Assembly: GCA_010405405.1 (NCBI GenBank)
Contig: MU004240.1
Span: forward strand, 324,316-388,315
Reading direction: 5' to 3'
DNA length: 64,000 bases
DNA from: Microthyrium microscopicum
Lineage: Eukaryota
Numbering within the stretch: the stretch's first letter is position 1; each line of letters begins with the position of its first letter. Below the pieces are notes generated by a model. It was given only the letters and a program-made list of their open reading frames with translations, was not told where the DNA came from and did not search any database. The position numbers were made by a program, and so were the translations under genes. Positions 13,557-22,787 of this stretch are shown here, one piece after another.

Positions 13557-15181
13557 GCTGATGTATCACTTGGGTGTATCTGCTTTTTTTCCAAGATCAG
13601 TGGTCTCAAGCTAAGACAGAAATCGAAGGAAATGAAGGCAGTTGTACTCGCAGAACATAAAATGCCAAAATCAGGTATTTCAACATCGTAAGGAAATGTG
13701 CCTTCGAATGCTCTGCTTAGATATCCAAAAGGATGGATTAGGAGTCATCACCAGGGGCCGGTTCCTACTGAGCGGGAAATAAATTATGTGAAGAAGTCTA
13801 ATTATAGAAATGTACCATGTATCATTCATTCCCAATCGGTTGACAACTATCAGCGGATTATAAATCATCCTGTTCACCAAATTTGAACGCTTTTTAGCAT
13901 ATGATGTGCCTCTCACATACTATCTCTCCCAAATTTTACTCTGCATGTTGATTGCCGAATGATCTTAGGGAATCATGCTATCTAAAGGGGGCATATCAGA
14001 ACAACAGCTAATTTTTGCCCCAAATTATCATGATAGCTTTGATGGTGTACACCGCTAGCATCTTATACCTCTGCTGGCATAATGGGACTAAGAACGTTGA
14101 TAACTTACTCGTACTGTTCTTAAATACGTACCAGAAATGGTGCTGCTACAGAGCGGCCGTTCACTTGGGTATATATACCCAAAGAATGCCCACCTTGAAT
14201 GATCAGTAGAAACTTACCCGTAACTAAGAGGTATAAACGATGGGATACAGTACTTGGCAACATTGACTGGAATCAGGAGTCAAAATCATTGTATACAGCA
14301 GAGTTGCGATCATCTCATGCGCCACACAGTCTTCTCGATGAATGTCTAGTCCACTCCACGCAGAATTATCTATACAAAAAGCGACCAGAGGTATCATATT
14401 GGCATCAATGACTGGAAGATCAATGAAAAGCAATGGGCCTGCTCTGATCTTTACCTTTCGAGCATTCTCTCAAAACTATCACTTCCTATACAAATTGAGC
14501 CCCTTTTCATACCACACTGCAAATCTGAACAACAAGAACTGATCAATTTTTCGGGTTACGAACGAACACTCGTCAATAGACTACTTGCTTGATTTGGTGA
14601 CATGAGTCCACCCTTTATTTGTACCACATTATCAAATGACAGTCACTGTAATGAAATACAACCCCATCTTTTTGTGACTCGACTTTGAAATGTTGTATTA
14701 CCTTTCTCATATTCCTCTTCTTTTACTTGTAAAGCAAAGCTTGCTTCTAGCAACCATCCGTCCCAACTTGACATCAAACTCGGTCTTCTTGCGTTTTTCG
14801 ACTTATCTCTCTCAGTCGCTTTGTGAAACAGACACGCAGATAGACAAAGAGATCATCCTATGTCAAACAATGGGTTTGTTTTGGATGGTTTTCTTTGTGG
14901 CTATCTCAACCTCAAATCCTACATTATCTCTATATAAAGTTTTTGTGGTCACCTGTCTGAAGGGCGAGATTCACCAACAATCCACTTGTTCATCTGAAAT
15001 CCTCAGGTGCAGTATATACAAACTCATTACCTGCCATGGCCGCGATTCCACTTAAGGGAATCTGGACTCCTGGAAGTCCCATTTCCCCCAAACCTCCAAA
15101 CAACTGCGAAACCCAGCTCATTTGCCAGCCACGCCATCTCCCACTAGTACAAACACATCAATCACGTCACGAACTTCTAGG

Positions 15182-15823
15182 ATGGCTGGCTCCAACGAGT
15201 TTTCTCCACGAGATCTCCTGGAGTCCTCTCCAGAGCTCTCCAGCAGACAATCTTCTCCTGCTAGCACTGTTCAAGCGGAGGAAGAGGTTGATGTTCAAGA
15301 GCTGGACATTGACCATGGAGTCAACAAAATCGAGTGGGAAGATGTCAAGGTCTATCTCGAAGACAACAACCTCGACTATTTCTTCAGATTACCTTCGGTC
15401 ATGAAGAAATACTCGGAAGATGGGGTAGTCATGAAGGCAACATATGGCTCCGTTGCCGGAAAACTAAAGGCTCTCCTAAAATGGGAGGACTTCATTGCAA
15501 AGGGAAATCTGTTCTCACATCAAGAGGACTTCAAATTCACATATAACAACTACCCCTATGCTTGGGAAGACGGAGTCGTCCACTTGGTCGTATGGTGCAA
15601 ATTCGCACTTCCTGATGACCCAGAAACTGGTCGCATTGCAGGCTACGTTTCTGGCGCTATCGAAAAGCTTCTGGCAATCAAGTGCGCAAATCATAAGGAT
15701 GAATTGCTATGGTGGCGCAATCCACCACATCTAAAGAGTGTTCCTGAATTGGAGCACTTTCACATCCTTCTTCGCAACCCATCTGCGGAATTCTTGACTG
15801 AGCTCAATCCAGTCAAAGGATGA
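15182..15823 (+). CDS. DUF3605 / Gig1-like protein, paralogue 1
   Basis: Family-like motifs NNYPYAWEDGVVHLVVW and WWRNPPHLKSVPELEHFHILL. First in-frame ATG is 15182; the frame is open from 15122. Confidence 0.8.
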   Translation: MAGSNEFSPRDLLESSPELSSRQSSPASTVQAEEEVDVQELDIDHGVNKIEWEDVKVYLEDNNLDYFFRLPSVMKKYSEDGVVMKATYGSVAGKLKALLKWEDFIAKGNLFSHQEDFKFTYNNYPYAWEDGVVHLVVWCKFALPDDPETGRIAGYVSGAIEKLLAIKCANHKDELLWWRNPPHLKSVPELEHFHILLRNPSAEFLTELNPVKG

Positions 15824-16393
15824 GCTCTTTCACACTTCTCAGGCGGGTAACTTAATAGAACAAATAAAGCTGGATTGGATGGAAAGGCTGATTGGTTGCC
15901 ATAATGCATTAGATTCACTCATGTCATGTTTGCATCTCTAATGAATGTAAAAGTACCTAGGTACACAGTCGTGTCTATAGACCGCGGTATCTAGAGCTTT
16001 AGCTAATCATATATAAAAGCATAACATGCTTCAATACGTCAATTTGTTTGGATCATGCAAGTGCCAATAACTCGTCCAGTCTGATAGCAAGTTCCCCAAT
16101 TTCTCTCTTTGACCTCAACGCTCATGTACCTCAACGATAGGAACATGTGGACTATTATTCGCTTTGCCTGTTTTATGCTGGCTTTTGGGTGCAAGAATAC
16201 CACTTTATGCTCTTTTTCATGCAACATACCCATTTAATACTTTTGTTCTCCCGTTAGACAGAGCGCTTGTTGCTAAATAAATGGCATCATCTACCTTGGT
16301 CCTTGATATATATATAGAGCGAGCAATTGATACAAGAGACGAATCCTACGCCTGTACAAACGAAACACCTCCCTGGCTCGGCTATCTCCCACA

Positions 16394-17104
16394 ATGTGCT
16401 CTTCAGTCTACTCATCTGGCGCATCCAGCTCGGATCTCTCAAGCCTCGCCTCCTCCCCAACCACACCCATCTTCGAGGATAACATTCCATATTGGAACAT
16501 GAACATCCCCTGGTGGCAGTGGACCAAAGAGTGCCCCAAACATCTAGTAAACATCGCAGAGCGAGACAAAGTAGCCTTGGCCGTACATGAAGAGGACTTT
16601 GTCCCCATAACATGGCAGCAAGCAAAGTTCGGCATTGCTACAGGCAACACCGATTTCGCAAGGCGCCCCAAAGTTCTGCGTGCTTATCGGGATAGCTTCG
16701 TCACTATCAACCAGATTTATGCCACAAACCTGGATTATCTCAAAGGTGAGTTAGGGTGGGAAGATCTCAGGCCATCGGCGGCAACACCATTCGGCAGCCT
16801 GGATGACTATCAAATAACATTAAATGGATACCCCTACGGCTGGGACGACGGGATCTACCACGTAGTCGTTTGGTGTAAGTTCCCTCTACCGGATGGTGAA
16901 GGCACTCTTCATGTTAACAAAGACTCTAGGGACAGAATCGACAGATGGGTTCGGGTTCAATGGCCAACACAAGCATCAGAAGACATCATGTGGTGGCGAA
17001 ATCCGGTCAAATTCAAAAGTGTACCGGAACTCGAGCACTTCCACGTTCTTTTGCGCTGCCCGGATCCATATATCATCGACGAGCTAGAGTCAAGGGTTCT
17101 GTAG
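16394..17104 (+). CDS. DUF3605 / Gig1-like protein, paralogue 2
   Basis: N-terminal PYWNMNIP..WTKECP, NGYPYGWDDGIYHVVVW and WWRNPVKFKSVPELEHFHVLL; TATATATA about 85 bp upstream. Confidence 0.85.
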   Translation: MCSSVYSSGASSSDLSSLASSPTTPIFEDNIPYWNMNIPWWQWTKECPKHLVNIAERDKVALAVHEEDFVPITWQQAKFGIATGNTDFARRPKVLRAYRDSFVTINQIYATNLDYLKGELGWEDLRPSAATPFGSLDDYQITLNGYPYGWDDGIYHVVVWCKFPLPDGEGTLHVNKDSRDRIDRWVRVQWPTQASEDIMWWRNPVKFKSVPELEHFHVLLRCPDPYIIDELESRVL

Positions 17105-17457
17105 GTGAGTACAGGTAAGCCGTGTGCTCGCTGTCTTTATCAACAACAATATATTTCTTCAATCAAATTTACAGCGTCTATCAGCAATAATATAACTATC
17201 AGTGAGTTTGTTAGTGCAAGTAATGATATTGAAAACCATTCTTGTGATAACGCGATGTCGCATGAGTGATTCTTCCGCCAGTCCGAACCACGTTTTCGTT
17301 CCTCCTTGAGCCATTCTCTATACACTGAACAAGGACAATCACAACAAGACCAGCTTGCCAGAAGACCGCTTTCTCAGCACAACCACTAATTCCCGTCGTT
17401 TCCCAATTCCACAATATTGTCATCCTCATCGTACTTCCAGCCATGCTTCCTCAACCA

Positions 17458-18341
17458 CTATGTCGAAGGAGCCTGCTCGTCCGGACTCCAATCCTGCTCA
17501 ACAACAAACCACGCATCCTCCACCGCACCCTCCAACGACGGAACCCTTATCCTCATCCCATGTGTAAAATCATCACACCCAAACAGCCACCGACAAGGCA
17601 ACGAGCCACCACCAACCCGAAACGTCAACCTCCACTCCTCATCATCAGCCTCAAACTCCCACCTCTCAACCGTAACATCATTACCCTTACGCATAATACC
17701 CTGACAATACTGGCCCATCCAAATAACTCGACCCATCGCACCTATCACACATTAGATATACATACCCAAATCACCATAGAATAAGGTAGAAACATACCCG
17801 TCCTCTCATCCTCACATTTCACCGCCACAAAAAGACCCCTCATCCCACCGACCGAACAAGCCGGCACATCAACCCAAATCTCCTCATACCCACACCCCAT
17901 CCCCGTCTCCGCATTAACCATCACCCCCGTCTCCACCACCGCACCATCACTTCTATCACGCATAATCCCCTCATCGCTTGCCGGCGTCTTCGTGCTGCTG
18001 TCTACGCGGTGTTGCCAGACACCTCTGACTGCCCCTCCGTCCGTGTCCTGGCCATCCGGATAGTAATTAACTAGGCCATCAAACGCCCACTCCAGACCAG
18101 TGAAGGTGCTCGGATGCTCAAAGAGCGTGTTGGCCGGATGAGCTGGATCAGAGAGTGGTGGGAACGTGCTGGGGATGGAAGGTATTGGGTGGCGCAGGTG
18201 CAGACGGACGTCGATGAATATGCCGGTGGGGGTTGTGAGGACGAGGACGGAGGCGGGTTCGGTTGGTGGGGGGTTGGTGGGGTGGGGAAGCCAGCGGAAG
18301 CCGTGGCGGCGGGATATGGAGGGTTTGAGGGGGAAGACCAT
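17458..18341 (-). CDS. HRI1: HRI1-family protein, 2 exons
   Basis: Motifs EPASVLVLT, FIDVR, LEWAF, WQHRVDS, DEGIM, ETGVMVN..TG..YEEIW and GQYCQG..VERW; intron 17742-17797. Confidence 0.78.
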
Positions 18342-19152
18342 TGTTTTGTTTGGAGGTGGATAGATGGGGGGGAGGTTATGTTGGATGGATGGTGTGAGTT
18401 GGTGGTGGGGAGATGGAGGATTGGAAATGGTAGAGGAGTTTTATGTTGGCGAGTTTGTTGACCGTTGGATGGAAGTTAGACCTGTCATCTGTACTACTAT
18501 AATCCCGAGCTCTTTCTTCTGCGCGTTTGATGATTGCTATGTTTGTATCATGGAAAGGGTTATGTTGAGGTTTAGATAAGAGGGGCAATGGGATGAAGTT
18601 GCATCATTCATCTCAGCCTTATCGCGTGGAAATGGAAAGGGCAAAGGTTCAGCCTTATTAGAATAGAGCCAATGAGATGAAAGAGCAAAACATCTATTAT
18701 GCCCTTTTGCCCAACAGAAGATCAAAGCTACCGCCGCCCCAAAAACACGATATTTTTTAGAAGTTAAGAGGAGAAAGAATATCATAGGTGTCGAACCAAA
18801 GCCAAAATCGCTAACACTACGTCAAAAGTGGAGGGTATCTCTCGCAACGCATCATCCAAACAACAATCGCTAATATCCCCAGCCGCTAAACCGTTCCAAA
18901 ATGCTATATCACCCCATCGTCCAAGCTTCACCTTGTAGTAACTCAAAATCCATTGGCCTCCCATCTCTCAAAATCATCAGCTTGCTCACTCGTCCTCTCC
19001 CAGTCCTCCTCGTCCAACCATCCCTCATTCCAGTCCACTACCAAATCGCGCGGACCCCAAAAGTCATCGTACACATACGGTGGAGTATCTGGCGGATGGC
19101 GGAAAATACCGTCAGGGTCATAGGTCGAACCGCTGGTGGTGGGAACTGATCG

Positions 19153-20999
19153 CTAATGGAGTTCGTAGGTGCGGCGACCAGAGTAGTTGCACCAGTCGCA
19201 CTGCACAGTAAAGTCAGCAATCGTGGTTGGTCATAAGGGTGGAACTTACGCGTTCGATGGAGGAGCCGTCGTTGTCAATTATGCAGTATTCGTTGTTGCA
19301 TTTAGTGCAGGCTCGCATGTACAAGTCCTTGCAGTCATGGCACTGCGTGAATTGGTCAGTGAGTTGAAAGGGTAATAGAAAGGAAGTGCTTACGGTTTGT
19401 CCACAGCCAAAACAGTCTCGTCTTGCACCCATCTAACCAGTCATTTGTCAGTCGAAGTCTTGTCAAATGGAGAATATAGATGTCGGTCGTTGAGCATGAG
19501 GTGCTCCAAATATGCTGTGGCTCCGCCATGCCATTCCTTGAGAAAAGTGGGATTTTATTCCATTTCATCAGTCCATCCTTAGATGAAATAAAACGGAGTG
19601 TTTACAGGTTGGGCAGATGACCATCTTGTTCTATGCACGATTCGGTACAGAAATTTTTAAATACCTGCGGAGGTGTATGCACTGGCGGGTCGGCCAACGC
19701 ATTCTCGGAAGCCGTATGACGCTGAGCTGGTATATCATAACACGACTCACACCACCACTTGTGGCAGCGCTCGCACCAGCGTTCACGAATGCAGTCGAGG
19801 CATCGGGCAATGACGCGAGGATTGGGCTCCAAGTACATGTAGCTGGAGCTGGGCATCTGAGCGGCTCGGATGGACACGGTGTTGAAAGGCGGTGGCGCTA
19901 GGAGAGGAAGTTGGTAGGAGGGCGACTGGCCGAAGACTGCGGGACCTTCTGGGCATGATTTACAGCTACTGCAGCTTGTAGGACCTAGAGAGACTGTTGC
20001 AACTGCGGGTTGCAGATAGTTACTGGTATCTGCATTTGGTTCTTTTGGTGGAGAGTGTCGGGGTCCTCGACAGAGAACGGCATCGAAATGAATAATACCT
20101 TCACAAGCCATGATGGTTTCTGCCCATTGAGCGTGGGGCGCGCGTGCTATCATCTTTCCAGAGTGATACCACTTATCGTCGTTATCGGTGAGTTCTTTAG
20201 CTAATGTAGCCTGCGACCTCCTGTTCCACTCGGCGGAAAGTCTGGCCCCGACAGCTTTGACCGTATCAGATACTCTTGTTTCTGGAAAGCTAGTAGGCGA
20301 CCGTCGTCGCGGCCAGTTTGTGGTCTCTTCCTTGACTGGTTTTGGATCCTCAGGACCAAATATGTACAAACCGCGTAGTTTTGGAGTACCTTCTGGTCTG
20401 GTAGGTCGGACACTGTACTTGAGTGTCTGGCAAAGCCTTTGATGGTTCAATTGCTTCACTCCACGTATTGACAGAATGCGGACATTGAATCGATCTTCCA
20501 TGATGATTTCGCGTACAATCTCAGTTGGAACTGTAAGGCCATCGAGCATCAAAGTTGATATATTGAAAAGCCAATCTTTCTTTTCCATACGATTGAAGAT
20601 GCTCCGCAGCGGGCTCGAGTAGAACTCGTCTTCGGTCACACCTTCATCCATGCGCTGGTTGCCCCAGTGTGAGCTGTTGATGTCGGCATTTGAGTCGAGA
20701 GCAGCACGCTTGACTGGAGCTAGATTGAGATATTGAAATGAAGAGGATAGACGAGGTTCTCTGGTTATAAGGTTTCGGTATTGGTGATTGGTGCTGGCAA
20801 TGGCGAGAAGGGATGTAAGTGGGATTTGGGTGACGATGCGACTCGAGATGAGGGAGTTTGCCAGGACGTCGTACAAAGAGGTAGCTGGCTTTGGATCAAT
20901 TTGAATCGCAAATGTACACATGTCTTGCACTGAGAGAGATGAGGTGATAGGGATATCAGTGAAATTGGCGAATTGAAGCCCGGGGGATCCGGAAGGCAT
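19153..20999 (-). CDS. Conserved fungal F-box-like protein with a Cys-rich C-terminus; spliced form has 4 exons, unspliced form stops at 19602
   Basis: 465-aa ORF with an F-box-like N-terminal helix region, TLMLDGLTV..FNVRILSIR..LRGLYIF, and CxxC repeats. Canonical introns 19433-19664, 19343-19393 and 19201-19249 add MGARRDCFGCGQT/CHDCKDLYMRACTKCNNEYCIIDNDGSSIER/CDWCNYSGRRTYELH*. Confidence 0.78.
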
Positions 21000-22787
21000 T
21001 GTAAGTTATAGGAGTGGAGCTTATGTATGATGGTGTATGTTTGTTAATAGATGAAGTGAGAAAGAATGGGGGGAAGTATGAAGAACAGAGAAGTGTATGA
21101 GATGGGAATGAAAGATAGTAGACAATGGAGTCGCACAGCAGTAGCGGTCGTATGGCGATGGTATAAAAGTAAACGTATCAAAAACGACCACGCTGGCTTG
21201 CGCGCAACACTGATGCAGCGTGTTTGGTGGTGAGGAGCAGAGAGGCCAGAGAAAGCGAGCTAAGAAAAGCTATTGCAGGGATTGCTTAAAGGAGCAACTG
21301 CATGATGATGGAGGGATTCTAGGATCACCAAGTGATTGGCAGGACAAGGCCAGATCAGAGCAATTAGACAGTTTAGAAAAGGCAATATGGACGCACTAGA
21401 GGCGGCGACTTTGGAAACATCCATCTGGCTTCTGGGAGCAGCCTTGAGCCTTGAGCCAAGGTGCAGCAGCAAACGTTAGCCCGATGCAGAGCCATGCAAG
21501 GCCAGTGTTTTGATGCCTTTAAGCTGCTGTCCATACTGGCTGAAACTTCCTAAAACCCATGTAGTGAGGAGATCACAGAGTGGGGTGCAGTTTCTTGACT
21601 GCAACACAATTACTATCTCACTCCTTTCTGGCCTTGGACTCGAGTGCTGTCAGACCCGCCCAGTTGTGTGTTGCGTGGGCGTGACTGTCTGCATCACTAG
21701 ATCATCTGCCACCCTCTCCTGCTCCTTACAGGTAAAGAAGTGGTAGGCGAAGAGCAATGTCTGACTCCTTCTATCGCATAAAGGGTCCACATAACTGGGG
21801 GAGGTCGCGACGGACAAGATAATCTTGGAACCAGTCTTGGAGGTTTGGCATCTCGCAATCTGCACTGACGCGACTAAATGCGGCTGCCAAGGAAGACAAC
21901 TAAGATTTTGTAGTTAGCATTGGCTTGACGAATTTACTTTTGTATGAGCTTGGCCATCTCAGCAGTGTCAGAGGATTGAGATGGTGGCATGGCGAGATGT
22001 GATCTGATGTAATAATATATTCAATGGCCCAAGCTCCTAGAGTCTGGGGCACAATGCACATCAAGTCTTTGAATCTTATTCTTGACAGAGTTATTCCTGA
22101 TCCCTGAAGACAATCCTACGATCCAGACTGTGTCCTTTGTAACTGACTCTCGCCCTGAACAGGTTGCGTGGGATATCGCGGGGCGGACAGCCAGATAGGC
22201 TCTGATGGGCGAAATGCTTAATTTCTACATCGTGACCAATGCGGGGGACAGTGAGTCTTGAGTCTTAGGCAAACTGTTTAGTCGCGCGATGCCACTACGC
22301 GTTTGGTTCTTTCTGGTTGTTGGCAGCAGGCTGCCCGGAGTATTCTTCATTCATTTCCATGATATTCCATCGTTTCAAATGATTATGGCGGAGGAGACGA
22401 TGGCCGTTGATGATGATTGTGCCATTTACGACTTGTTGATAGAACTAGAGGCGGGCCTGAGGGTTTTGTAGATGTCAAAAGATAAAGGAATGGATATTAA
22501 TGGGTGGAGTGTGATGAAGACCCTGCATAAGGAAGTCTTGGGCGATTAGTGAGGAGGTCAGGGCACGATGCTTTTCGCCACGACTCTACACAGTACAGTA
22601 CACACGACACCACCTCTCTGCCTATTTCGGCTATTTGTTGTCACTGAACCTTCCAGAATATATCCTGAAATAATCATGCTGTATAATCACTGACCTCTCA
22701 CCCTTCTCCTCTAATCCGCTCTTATCTTCCAACCTGTCCTCCATCCCACCATGCATCATCCTCTTCACCTACAACTCTCACACTCCT

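Noticed and set aside
22400..22650. RTGATGA and CTGA motifs suggesting a box C/D snoRNA; 16-codon minus-strand ORF
   Set aside because: Box spacing and terminal stems are unconvincing and no rRNA guide is recognisable; an Infernal/snoscan search would be needed.
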